Assembly (NCBI RefSeq): GCF_016433145.1
Contig: NC_058130.1
Location: 776,208,791-776,272,790, forward strand
Direction: 5' to 3'
DNA: 64,000 nucleotides
Source of the DNA: Gracilinanus agilis
Taxonomy: Eukaryota
Both the position numbers and the translations under genes were made by a program. Positions 52,001-64,000 of this stretch are shown here, piece by piece. A model generated the notes under the pieces. It did not search any database. It was not told where the DNA came from and saw nothing but the letters and a program-made list of their open reading frames with translations. How positions within the stretch are numbered: the stretch's first letter is position 1; each line of letters opens with the position of its first letter.

Positions 52001-55000
52001 TTCCAATGAAGAAGAGTGACCCCTGCTCTGCAGCATAGCATCCTAGATGGCTGCCTGAGGCCCCTGCCCAGGGGTCTGGGGCCTGTGTGTGCTGATGGCA
52101 GGACCTTAGTATGGGCCTCTTTCTTTCCTGCCCAGCTTTCTAGTTCCTACCCTCTGTTACCACGTGATCTTTGTATAAAGGAACATGAGTTTGGTGTAGG
52201 GGGTTGGGGCTGCAGGGATAGTGGAGGTGGTATTCCTGTTAGAAAGCCATTGTGTTAGGCTGAGTGGGCATTTGTGAGGGCCAGTGATGGTGGGGATAGA
52301 GGGAATGGAGAATGGGGCCTGCCTGAGACAGCAGGTATCAGCCTTTTGGATAGGTGACAGGGAGAGATGGGCTCAGCACATCGGTGGGGCCCAGCAGGCA
52401 GAAGGAGAACGAGTCTGAGAAGTTCTGTCACAGCACTACCCTTCCCACATAGAAGGGAGGATGTCTCCTCTTGTGATATGTGGAGGACTTTATTTTTAAA
52501 TGCTAATGCAGCCTTTATCCTGTTCTGTCTTGCATTGTAGTCAGTCATGGCTTAGCTCCGTTCCTTGATATGAAGTCCAGGTAAGGAGGGAGCTTTTGCA
52601 GATGTATATCCCACATCACCTGGTACTGCCAGGAAGTAGTCAGTCATGGAGCATTTATTAAGCACCTGCTGTGTACCAGGTACTGGATATGCAAAGAAAG
52701 GCAAAAGAGAGACTCTACCCACAAGGATCTTTCAATCTGGTAGGGGAAACAGCATGCCAGTAAACAGAGGCACAAACCAGAGAGAGGATAGGGTGGGGGT
52801 ATTCTGAGAAAGCCCCAAGATGAAGGAGGAGCCCCTGGGAAAGGCATCTCAGTTTGAGATTTGAGCTCTCAAAAGGTGATACCTGTTGGATTGGACCAAA
52901 TGGCAGAAGTCAGGAGACATGCCATGGTCAGGCCGCTGTGTTTCTGGGGCATGGCTGGGCATGGTCCACAGGGAGACCAGAAGGCCACCAGTCTGGCTCA
53001 TCTTCCTCCTGCCTGTGCACTCACAGGCCTTCCACAATTTCATGGTTAGTTACCAGCGATTTGTGCCTGAGCTGCTGCTTATGCCCCAAGGTGCCAGCTG
53101 TCAGTAATAGAAAAGATTGCTGGGGGGAGGAAGGGAGGCAGCGGGATTATTACATAATTTCCCAGAAGTGAATGTTGTCTGTCATGTAGTGCTATTATCA
53201 TTCATTTGAGCCTGAGCCCTCAGCATATTGTTGTGCTCAGTGGAAGTTCAATTTAGTGGCATACTTTTCTCCTTCAGTTAGTCTTCCTCTTCCGCTGAGC
53301 ATAGTAGGAGATACTTGAATGAGGTCTCAGATGCATTGGCCTCTCCCATTCCCTCCCACTATTGGATTCTGTCAGTTCTATAAAGATGTGGTTCCCACCT
53401 TCCAGGACCCTCTAGTTGAATAGGAGAGACAGAAGCTGTGGGAGCATGGCACACCTAGGCCTGACATGCCCCCCAGACATGCTTTCTGACAGTCTCCCAG
53501 AAATCTGACATGGAAGGAATGGTCAGTGGTAACTCTCTGCAGCGTGGTACGAATGAACACTATGACTTGGCAGCCCCCAGACCCATTGCCATCTGATTTT
53601 GATACTTCAGTGAATCACTGGCATCCACAGCTTCTCATTCTCTCCATGCTGGTTTAAACCTTCCCAGACCTGACCTTCAAGGCAGTTTTGGCCCATGTCT
53701 TTCCACAGAGCTCCGGCCTGCAAACTTGTGTCATCTCGTTTCCTTTTCTAGTTTGTCACTCTTAGTTTCACTAGATGTCATCACTCCAAAGCTTTGGAAG
53801 CTGTCAGGTGCTTTGAAGAGTTCTTGCCATTAGTAAAGAAAAGGGCTATAGTAGTGCTATATTTTTTCTTGGTCTGATTGCCAGGAGATTCTTCTGGTTT
53901 GGGCACCTCTACAAAGAAGGGATTTATATGGTTTGGTGCAGAACCACCATAACAGCATCCACAACTAGAATAAAATGTACATTCATGAAAACCACCCTGT
54001 GAGGTAGCTAGACTCAAAGGTGTTTCTCATCATTTGTTCTCCTGGACATTGATAAGTTCAAGATGAATCAGGTGGGTGAGGCAACAGAGAAGGTGAGAGA
54101 ATAGAGAATTAGAGATAAAGGGGAGAGATGGAGAGGTGAGAGGACAAAGAAGATGACAGATGAGATTTAGCCTTGAAAAGAAGAGATTTCACATATGTAT
54201 CTCCCCTCTTCTGCTAAGCCATGGAATAAAAAGGTGAGAGGACCCTTTTACTTTCAACATTTGCAAACATCCAGAATTTAGTTTTTAACTCCAAGAAAGC
54301 AAAGATAATTTTAAAAATTGGGAAGAAATCTCGAGTGTGGGGTTGATCGCCACAGAACCATGAGGGATAGCCTAAATGTTAAAGAAATGGTTCCCTTAAA
54401 AGTACTTGGAAATGATGCCTACACACAGTGTGACAGTGTAGCATCCTCCCAAGTTTTCCCATATTGCAGTGTGAGTGATTGGGTGAAGACTGAACTACAG
54501 TGTACATTGGGATGTCCCTCAGACACAGCTGCCTGGAGTCAGAATTAACCCTCTTTATTTAATTTATTTGCATCAGCACAGATGTGAACCTCTTTGGGGT
54601 TCTGACATGCTACAGGTTGGCAGGATGATACATAAATCCAACATTCTGACCCAAGAATTCTATTTCCTGGACTTGTAAGCATTTAAGAGTTTAATTGTTC
54701 AGACTTTATTGCTTCCTTTCTCCTTAGAATGAGCAAAGGAACAGGGCTGGCCCTTTCTCAGTGATAGTTCAGCTGGGCAGTCCCTGCAGCCTTGATTTTG
54801 TGTTCAGATTCAGCAGGGGCCCAAGGTGGAACATTTTCAGGTTTAGCTGTCAGCTCTTAACTACTCAGTTTTGTGTCTGGCGCACACATCATCTTCTGAT
54901 TGACAACACAGACCTTGTTTTTGCTGATTCAGTATATGCTCAGGTGAAGACAAGCAGTCATCTTATCCCTGGCTTCTTGGTGCAGTGCCAGACCCACATC

Positions 55001-55133
55001 ATGTGTCAGAAAAGTCATTAACGACCTATTTGTTTGGGCAACCCTTGTCAGAAGAATCTGCAACCATCCACCATTAGGCCATGTTGCATGGACCATGCCT
55101 GCTCTCTCACACTCTCCCTTGTACTTTCCGTAG

Positions 55134-55319
<186 letters not shown>

Positions 55320-55539
55320 TAAGGTCTTTTATTTTGACACCAGCTTATTGAGCCTTCCTTTTCAGCAAAACCAAAGGGCTCAATAAGAACCACCTGATCT
55401 AGGAGCCAGGCATCCTTGCGTAGGAACCACTCTTCCCTGACCCACCTGGCTTGAGGTTCTTCAGGACTGAAATTGGTTGTTTGAATTTGTCTGCCTTTGA
55501 GATTATTTTCATTTACATTATTGTTGTTATTGTATATTG

Positions 55540-55739
55540 CAGTGATGGGCAAACTATGGCCCATGGGCCAGATGTGGGCCCCCTGAAATGTTCTATCCAG
55601 CTGCGGGACATTATTCCTAATCTGACGAATAAAATGAGTAGGATACAATACAATGAAACTTAGAGTTGCCTTAGAAACAGACTGACGATGAGCATTTCCT
55701 TTCCTTTGGCCCCCTCTTTAAAAAGTTTGTCCATCACTG
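55540..55739. mobile_element. Young non-autonomous hAT MITE (200 bp)
   Basis: TIRs CAGTGATGGGCAAACT / AGTTTGTCCATCACTG (15/16); perfect TSD GTATATTG at 55532-55539 and 55740-55747. Confidence 0.95.
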
Positions 55740-56123
55740 GTATATTGTTATTCTGGTTGTGTCCATCTTCTCATATTTCTTTGAATTACTTGAAAAAACT
55801 GTGGGCAGAGTCCCATCCACTGTGCTTGCCTTGATCATTTTTAGTGATTGTCCCACTTTTTCTTTCCATTGATGAATACTAACAACCAAGAGGGTACAGT
55901 CCATTGTGTGCTGTGCTCTGCCATTTGAAGAGCCATTTCAGCCTCATTTCAACATTCTTCCTAAGACATGGCCACAGCACATTCTGAACCCCGAATACTT
56001 TTGCCATTGAAGAGTTGGACAGCACTGTGCCCTCTAGGGACACACAGTGAATGTGGCTTGTCCTCCCACATTTTTAGGTCTAGATATTTTAGAGGGGGAA
56101 GGGACTTTAAAAATCATTGAGGT

Positions 56124-56304
56124 TGGAGGTGGGCAAACTCCAGGCTTGTTTTTGGAGGGCTGCCAGTAAACTAAGAATGGCTTATATACTTTTAAGTGCA
56201 TCAAGCTTTATTTAAAATTATAAAGACCATTCTTAGCTCCCGGGCCTTACAGAAGTAGGTGGCAGGCTGGATTTGGCCTGCTAGCCATAGTTTGCCAACC
56301 CTTG
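56124..56304. mobile_element. Ancient MER58/Charlie-like hAT MITE inside a MIR3/L3 fragment
   Basis: Degenerate termini ...gggcaaact and ggatttggcctgctagccatagtttgccaacccttg. Confidence 0.6.
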
Positions 56305-56629
56305 ATCCAGACTAGTGTTCCTACTAGAAATATTAGGATCCAGATGCCAGAGGGACTGAAGGATTTGCCCAGGGTTATGTAACTTAATTACTGGAAGAGT
56401 TAGAATTGGAACCCAGGTCTTTTGACCCTCAGCATCCCTTTTACCTGCATCTTTGATGCTGTAAGTCTTTTTGTAGAGATTTTGTCATTGAACATTGTCG
56501 AGGTGCTTGACTTATCCATATCTATGAATGATAACTATATAGCAGCAGTGCTGGGGTGGCAGGGTGGGTTCTTCATTTTCTTTATCTAGGATCCAGCAGA
56601 GGACATAATATCAGCATTTGTTGTATTTC

Positions 56630-56997
56630 TTTTATTTTTTTTTTACTTCAAATTTTATTTAAAAATTTTTTCCATGGTTACATTATTCATGTTGTCTCCC
56701 TCCCCTCTTCCCTCCCCCCTCCCAGAGTTGACAAGCAATTCCACTGGGTTATACATATATTATCACTCAAAACCCATTTCTTTATTATTCATTTTTGTAA
56801 TAGAGTAATCTTTTAAATCCAAAGCCCCAAATCCTATACCCATATAAACAAGTGATAAATCATGTGTTTTCTTCTGGATTTCTACTCCCATGGTTCTTCC
56901 TCTGGATGTAGATAGCACTCTTTCCCATAAGTCCCTTGGGATTGTCCTGGATCATTGCATTGCTGTCAGTAGCAAAGTCAATTACATTTGATCCTCC
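56630..56997 (-). mobile_element. 5'-truncated LINE-1 3' UTR with 11-bp TSD
   Basis: TSD TGTTGTATTTC at 56619-56629 and 56998-57008. Confidence 0.92.
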
Positions 56998-57469
56998 TGT
57001 TGTATTTCCTTTCAAGGAAAGGTAGCTTAAAAAACATAAGCCCCTTCTATTTCGTTCATTCCTTATTCTTTCCATTTCCTTGTTTAGCAGCACAAGAGTG
57101 TGTCTTAGGAGTTGAGGTTCCATGATGCTCTTTTCTGGGGGATGTTCAGAGCAATCATCTATCCAGTTCTTCTATCTTGGCTTTGCTTCAAAGGACAAAT
57201 GAGGCATCTAGTGGTCCTGTAACAATGATTAGAAAATGATCACAGAAGTTCAGAGCTGGGACATTTGATCCCATTTACCAGAACCTTCTTACTTTATATT
57301 CTTGGTCTTGAAAGTTCAGAGAAATTTCTGTTGCCTTCTACAATGTTACGATGGTAGTCAGGGGAGAACTGAAACCAGCCTATAGGCTCTCGGCTCCTGG
57401 TTCAGCAACATTCTTCCAACCCTACCTGGAAAACTGCTTTCTCAGCTTGCTTCTTATGACATTAGTAAT

Positions 57470-57696
57470 TATAACAACAATGTTTCTGAAACGCTTTAAG
57501 GCTTGTGGAGCACTTCACACAACAACCTGGGACAGGTCCTGATATTATCCCTGTTTTACGGATGAGGAAACTGAGGTCAACAGAAGCTGAGTAAATTGCT
57601 CAATGCCACCAAGCTAGTAAGTCTCTGAGACCAGATTTGAACTCAGTCTTTCCTGACTCCATTTCCAATGCTTTCTCCTCTGTGCCACCTAAGCCA
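57470..57696 (-). mobile_element. MIR/Mar1 SINE
   Basis: ttttacggatgaggaaactgagg...ccagatttgaactcagtctttcctgactcc. Confidence 0.8.
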
Positions 57697-57749
57697 AAGA
57701 TAGGAAATGGTTTGCCTCTGTGAGGAAGAAATGAATGTAGGAGACAAAA

Positions 57750-58280
57750 GATGGAATAATCAATAGGGGAGGCTGGAGGAGGCCTGGCGGTAATAAATTA
57801 GTGGGGGAACTATGAATTGATTCAACAATTCTGAAAAGCAGTTTGGAATGATACTAAGAAAGTGGTTGAGCTGGCTATGTACTCCAAGGGAATCTTTGCA
57901 TTGAGGGCAGCATTTTGTGTAGTAGTAAAAGGCTAGAAACAAAGTGGTATCCCTCAGTTGGAGGACAGCTACACAATACTGTACCTTAAGGAGCGATATG
58001 TAAAGAATTCAGAGCAGCATTCTGAGGAGCAGATGAACCAGAGCCTGCCAGAGAGGAGATGAGAAAATGTCTCTCCTTTTGTGGCAGAACTAGGGGGTGA
58101 CTAGGTAGGGAGATGCGACCTCACATTTGCTGTCCAGCTCTGCTGATGGTGTTGTTCAGTTTTCTTAATTTACTTTTTGTAGTTTTTTATTCTTTGATGC
58201 AAGGGACAGCTCTCTAAGGAAGGATATATTTGGAAATAAAGATAATGAAAGATATATTATAAAGATATATATGTAAAGAA
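57750..58280 (+). mobile_element. Old LINE-1 3' end
   Basis: gattcaacaattctgaaaagcagtttggaat... plus 3' UTR. Confidence 0.65.
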
Positions 58281-59142
58281 ACCCTTTTTTTAAATGAATA
58301 TAAGATTTTTGTCTGATTAACAGAAGTGCTCAAGTCAGTTTATTCATCTGGTAACTGAGGTCTACATTCATTAAGTATTCACAAGACTTCCTGGGCTCCT
58401 ATACCCTTCACAGATGAGAAATCCCAGGCAGGAATGTAGGGCTAGGTGACCTGTCCAGAGTCATCCATACAGGATCTGACAGATGGAGGGTAGAGATTTC
58501 TGGGCTTTATTGGGCACTTTATAGCTTAAGTACACTGATCCCCTGAAAAAAAAAAAACACACACAACAGAATTTAAAAAACAAAAGAGGGGTTTAATTCA
58601 ACCAAACACACATCATTTTATGCTTTGATTAAGAAGAACATTAATAATTGGGAAAATGTGTTCCTTCCATCATTATCCTCCTGACAGTGCTGAAGCTGGT
58701 GCTGTCACTTTCATTAAATCCGGACACAGCCTGGCTCTCACTCCAATTTTTTTCCAGCATGACTTTTTCTTCAGCTATAACTAGATTGAAGCCTTCAAGG
58801 AGACCTCCTCTGTTTGAAGGGCACCTGTCTAAAAGGCTGGATTTTCTTAGCATAGATTTTAAACAACAAATGATCAGAACCTTCCTTCAGAATCCACCTG
58901 TCCAGAAAAGAAAAAAAAATCCTTTTTCCAGGGAACAGGAGGTGTCTCATTAAAGAGATTTAACTGCAAGAAAATCCCATAAATTTTGATTCTAATAATT
59001 AGGAATTTATATTAATTTAGAAGCAGCATTCACGATTCTTAGGGAAAAGCTCACTATGATTTATCTGTGTCTTAAAAGTAAAGAGAACCTGGTCTAAAAT
59101 GAATAGTTTCCTTAAACCCAGGGTTTAAGAACTTAAGGCTCA

Positions 59143-59396
59143 GAAGCAGCTAGGTGGCTCAGTGAATAGAGAGCCAAGTCTGGAGATGGGAGGTCTCGGG
59201 TTCAGATCCAGCCCCAAACATTTCCTATCTCTGTGGAGCGGAGCAGAGCTAAGGTGCCGAAAGCCAACGGCTAGGCAATTGGAATTAAATGACTTGTGTG
59301 GGCTCACACAGCTAGAAAGTATCTTAAGGCCAGATTTGAACCCAGGATCTCCCATATCTAGGCCTGGCTTTCTATCCACTGAATCACCTGGCTGTC
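59143..59396. mobile_element. Two SINE1_Mdo-type fragments in inverted orientation (+ 59143-59235; - 59269-59396)
   Basis: Both heads recognisable (gcagctaggtggctcagtg; tccactgaatcacctggctgtc), ~33-nt spacer. Confidence 0.88.
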
Positions 59397-60259
59397 TTGA
59401 TACATTTTTATATAGTGTAGCCCCATTGTGAATTGTATTTTTCGTGTTTGAAATTATGAGGCCCCCTCTGATGTTGTGGTAAGTATATTGAGCCTGGAGT
59501 CCAACATTTTGGCCTCATCACCTTCTAACCAGGTAGCCTTCGTCGGCATGTCTTCATTTTGAAATTGAGAATCACCCCTGCCATGGCCATGTCGCAGGAT
59601 TGTTAGGGAGATCCTATGAACACAAGGGCTTTTTCAATGCTCTGTCACTGGAAGTGATGGCAGGTGCTGGGCTCCTTTGACCCCCTTTGTCCCAAGTCAG
59701 GCTGGCCTCCTTCCCTTGCCAGTGAATTAGTGGTGCTTTCTTTACTTGTGTGGATTGTTGATGTGGCTGGTTAGCTTGTACAACTTAGGGATGGAGGAGA
59801 AAGTGAATTGGGCTCATTAACATATGGAATGTCGTTGGGAACAAATACACTCATTATAATATGGCAGCTGCTTGAATGATATAGACCCAATTAATTCCAA
59901 GGCATAAAGAGACAATTAACCTCGAAGTATAAATACAAATATTAATCACATGGTTCAGTTAGCAAGAGCCACATTTCTTGGATGGGCTTTGAGTTATGCT
60001 TGAATCAAAAGGATGGGCTTTTGATTGGGGGAAGGGGAGCACATTGACATGACAGCATATCACCTTGGAAGGCTTCAGCCATCAGTTGATTTAATTTTGG
60101 AAAAGTGTTGTTTTGAAGCCTGGACTAATTAAAAGCATCTTTGGAAGACTGTGCTAAGGGTTTGACAGTGATCTTGTCATCTGGGCCTACAGACCTCTTT
60201 GTATTCAGCTTCTCTTTGACTGACCCACATACATGTACGGGTGAGAGAAAAAGCAGAGG

Positions 60260-60743
60260 TTATGGGTTTTGTGTCTTTTAAAATTACTCTAAGCCTATTA
60301 TTACTAAAATTACTCCCAGGGCTCCCTGCTGCAACTCCCCCCCACCCCACGCTTCCCACTTCCTTTGTGGGAGGTGAGGCGTCAGAGAAAGTATAAGAGA
60401 GAGGGTTTAGGTGCCTTTAGCTCTCTCAAGCCGGAGCCTGGAGGCTAGCTAATGCTCTACCCTGAACCCTGCAGAGCTCTCTGCTAGTAGCTCTCTCTTG
60501 GCACCTTTTTTCCTTTCTACCTACCTCCTAGTTTTCCCTAGCCCTTCCCTTTTCTAATTTAAATAAACTCCAGCCCTTCTAAACCCCAAGTTGCTCTCTG
60601 ACCTTTTATTTGAGCCCCAAAGGGCTCTGGTCAATTTCCCCCTGCTGGGGCTGGGGACCGCCACCTTCCTTTCCCTTCCTCTACCTTCCTCTCTCCTTTC
60701 TCCCATCCATCCTTCCTCCTACCTTCCTCCCTTCACCCTCACA
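60260..60743 (+). mobile_element. Probable ERV solo LTR in sense orientation (left boundary uncertain)
   Basis: ETS cacttcct 60356-60363, TATAAG 60392-60397, AATAAA 60562-60567, pyrimidine-rich U5 ending ...CTCACA; TSD not confirmed. Confidence 0.65.
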
Positions 60744-61569
60744 TTTAGGTAGATAGAAGGAGCCAAGTTGGAGATGAACAGAAGTGCTCTTATTAATTGT
60801 CTTCGATGCTGACTTGAATTCTTCTGAGACTTGAACATCTCCCATGAGAGTGGAAAAGGGGCCACTCCATGTCGTTTAAATTTTCCAGGTAACTAAAACT
60901 CTTACTCTTTAAATACCAAAACATTTTATAGTTTGTCTTTTTTTTATGAAAATGTTTCAAAAATGGATTATGCACTTCCTTGTCTTCTGAAACTGAGGAC
61001 AAGAAACACAATTAACCTTTTCTGGATGACTTAGAATCATTATTATAAATACCAGTGATTGTTCTATGCTCAACTGAATCACATCCCTAGAGTTTACTGA
61101 AGAATGCTGCTATTTGGTATTTTTAGTTGACAATTATTAGGAGCCTACAGTATGCCTTGCATCCTCTAACGTTTCAGGGGTGACCCTAAGCTTAATCGTC
61201 CCTGACTCTAGATCACCTGCCTCTATCCTCTTGTCTTCACTCCAGGGCTTTCTCTAAGTGCTCCTGGAGGCCTTTGCTGATCCGTCTCAAACTGCCAGAT
61301 TTTGCCTCCTATCTAGACACCCTTCCCCCCCCCCCCCCCAGGCTATTCCTCTGCTTACTTCAGCTGTGAGATAATCCTTCTGGGCCTCACAGAACATATC
61401 ACCACCTTCCAGAAAATCTGGGTCTTGAGGGAAGGCCTTGAACAACCTAGTTGCCTGCCTCCCTCCAGATATCACAAGAGATCCAACCACTTCTGCTTGG
61501 CCTGGACTCATTCGTAAATGGATAGCTTGCACCTTATTCCAATGATTCTGAACTCTAAACTGTTACTAT

Positions 61570-63440
61570 GCAAACCCCATTCCTCATCCTCCACTGCCTG
61601 CTCCCTTATTCTCTGCCCTCAGCTCCCCCACCCCATTATCCCATTCCAAAACCACCCTTTCCAGCCTTCTTATACCTTGTGCTCCGCTTGTCTCCCGATG
61701 CCCTTGTGACTCCATGATACTGGCCTTCTCGTTCATCACACATGGCCCTCCTTTCTCAGCTCCAGGCTCTTTCACTGGCTGTCCCCTCTACTTAGACCTC
61801 CCTCCCTCCTCATCTCTGCCTCCTGGCTTCCCCCAAGTCTGCTGAAATCTCATCTTCTGTATAGTCTTTCCTGATCCTCTTTAATGCCAGTGCTCTGCTG
61901 TTTCTCTCTCATTTCTCCTGTACAGTCATTTGCATGTTCTCTTCCACTTAGATGTGAGCTCCCAGAGAGCACAAACTTTTCATATTCCCAGAACATCACA
62001 CCGTGTCTGGCACATAGTAGGTGCTCAGTATGTGCTGGGTGGCTGCCTGGCTGCCTCAGCCCTCCACTGTGCCATCTGGAATGCCTATTCCATAAGTAAC
62101 AGATGTGCTTCCATCTTAGACCTTTCTTTTTCTCATCCCCTCCCTGTTGATGACACTGCTTCCTGGCCAGCCTTTTTCAGTCCTGGCTGCACATTCACTG
62201 CAGCTCACTGGCTGTGGTGGGACTAGGGGTATGAATACTACCTGTTCCTTGTTACCACCTGGACTCATAACTTCTCTTCCTTTGAGATTCATTTACTCCA
62301 CATTTATTACCCAGTAAAGATTCTGGGGTCTTTCATCTTTGGAACTTCAGGATACTGCCTTAATCTGTGAGTTCAGAGCCTGACTTAGTCTTTCCACCCC
62401 ACCTCCTTCATACTGAGGAACTTCAGAATATAAAGATAGATGCCTCTCTTCCTTCAACTACCCTCATTGCCAGCTTCTCACTCTCTTCACTTCCCACAGC
62501 CTCCTCCTCCCCTCTACCTCAGCTACACAAAGATGGTCATATCTTGAGCTTGATATCACCCACTTCTATGTTCCTGTTCTCAGAGTCCTTTATCTGATTA
62601 TAATCTTTTTCATTCCAACTTTCCATCTATCTTAGGACCTGATTCTGGTCTTTGGAAATCCCCCCCCCCCCCCACCTCTTTCCTAGGTGCTGGCTACTCT
62701 CTCTTCTCTTCTGTCTCAACCCCTTGTTGAGCTAGTTCATCTCTGCACTATTCTCTTCCCTTGAGTCCCTTGTCTTCCTGTTCTATCCCTGACGCCATTC
62801 CCCAGCCTTGGCTTATTCCCACTGTCTTCCATCTTTGCTTCTAGTCACACGTTGCTGAACAGTCATACAAAGTCATCAAACCACTTTGGCTGGGTCCATT
62901 ACAAATTTGTTTCATAATCTTGGTTGTGCCCTCACTGAAGCAAGGCAGTCTTTTCACATTTCCCTAATTGATTTACTCATCCACTCACTACAGAGCCTAT
63001 TCCAAACCTTTTTCCCCTTCTCAAGCCTTCCATAGCACCACCGTTTCAGCTCACTTCAGCCTTTGCTGAAAAACTGAGTTCATTCACTAGGAGCTCCCTC
63101 TTCATCTTCCTCCTTATATCACTCGGGTATCTTCTCCCATTAGCTCTTCCCTAACCTCTGGCTCTTACTAAGAGAGAGTTCTTCTCTTTGAGACAAATCC
63201 CTCTACATACTCTTAATTCCATTCCATTGGGTCTACTCCGACAATTCTGTCATCCCTGCATTGTTGCTAATCTTCAGTCTCTGCTTGTGTCTGTTGCTGC
63301 TCTGAAGGGCTTCCCTTTTGTGGCCATACTCCATAGAAAGCTAACTATACTTGGTGCCTTCACTTCCTCCTCTTCCATTCACGTCTTTCTTAAAATTAGC
63401 TTCTCACTCAGCAAAGATCTTCCTCTTTTTCCCCTCTTCT
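61570..63440 (+). mobile_element. LINE-2 fragments (3' end ~61570-62050; ORF2 body ~62250-63440)
   Basis: gtctggcacatagtaggtgctcagta terminus; pyrimidine-rich L2 ORF2-like sequence. Confidence 0.7.
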
Positions 63441-63444
63441 CCCT

Positions 63445-63765
63445 GAGGACAAAAGAAAAAAATCCTTATTACAAACATATATGGTCAAGCAAAACCAGAT
63501 TTTTTTTCATTGACTATGTTCAAAAAAATATGTCTCATTCCACCCTCTGAGACTGGTTTCTAGTCAGTTGGTCTGGCCATACCCTTCATCCTTTTTAAAG
63601 TACAATAGTATTCCTTCACATTTACATATCCTGGCATATTCAGCCTTTTCCCCAACCATTCCCATACTTTGCCACCTCAAAAAGAGTTTTAAATATTCTT
63701 GTACATCCTTGGGGTTTGTTTTGCTTAACACTAATCTCTCCCTTAATCTACCCTATCTCCAATTC
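63445..63765 (-). mobile_element. Old LINE-1 3' fragment
   Basis: attacaaacatatatggtcaagcaaaacc...ttgccacctcaaaaagag. Confidence 0.75.
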
Positions 63766-63807
63766 CTCTTTCTCCCTTTTCCCTTCCATTCTCTTGAGTG
63801 CAATATC

Positions 63808-63994
63808 TTTTTTTTTTTTTTAACCCTTAACTTCTGTGTATTGACTTATAGGTGGAAGATTGGTAAGGGTAGGCAATAGGGGTCAAGTGACTTGCCCAGG
63901 GTCACACAGCTGGGAAGTGTCTGAGGCCGGATTTGAACCTAGGACCTCCCGTATCTAGTCCTGACTCTCACTCCACTGAGCTACCCAGCTGCCC
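63808..63994 (-). mobile_element. Young SINE1_Mdo
   Basis: Clean poly-T, diagnostic tail aacccttaacttctgtgtattgacttataggtggaag, intact head; TSD TGCAAT at 63799-63804 and 63995-64000 (cut by the window end). Confidence 0.93.
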
Positions 63995-64000
63995 TGCAAT

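Noticed and set aside
58648-58953. 101-aa ORF with a signal-peptide-like N-terminus
   Set aside because: TTG start and no homology recognised; a regulatory explanation of the region is more plausible.

Overview
Eukaryotic, repeat-rich genomic DNA from a marsupial, most likely a didelphid opossum such as Monodelphis (inferred from SINE1_Mdo-type SINEs, Mar1/CORE SINEs and marsupial L1s). The only protein-coding sequence I can support is three internal exons of NF2 (merlin) on the + strand: exons 2, 3 and 4, encoding FERM residues M39-K149. They translate identically to the human protein as I recall it, have canonical AG/GT ends and are all phase 0. I did not find exon 1 or exon 5, so 1-48742 is probably intron 1 and 55218-64000 intron 4. 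The rest is mostly L1, L2, L3/CR1, MIR/Mar1, young SINEs, four hAT MITEs with 8-bp target-site duplications (TSDs), and ERV LTRs. There is no prokaryotic-type system, CRISPR array or RNA gene that I can support, and no novel biological system is established by the sequence. The best leads are: a ~4-kb zone upstream of exon 2 where ancient repeats are unusually GC/CpG-rich; a deleted ERV with a hairpin micro-inversion and an intact antisense LTR promoter plus splice donor; a 126/127-identical duplicate of an old L1 segment; and splice-architecture features of exons 2-4 (recursive-splice junction, stop-free circle). Coordinates of old repeats are approximate; TSD-bounded elements and exons are exact.
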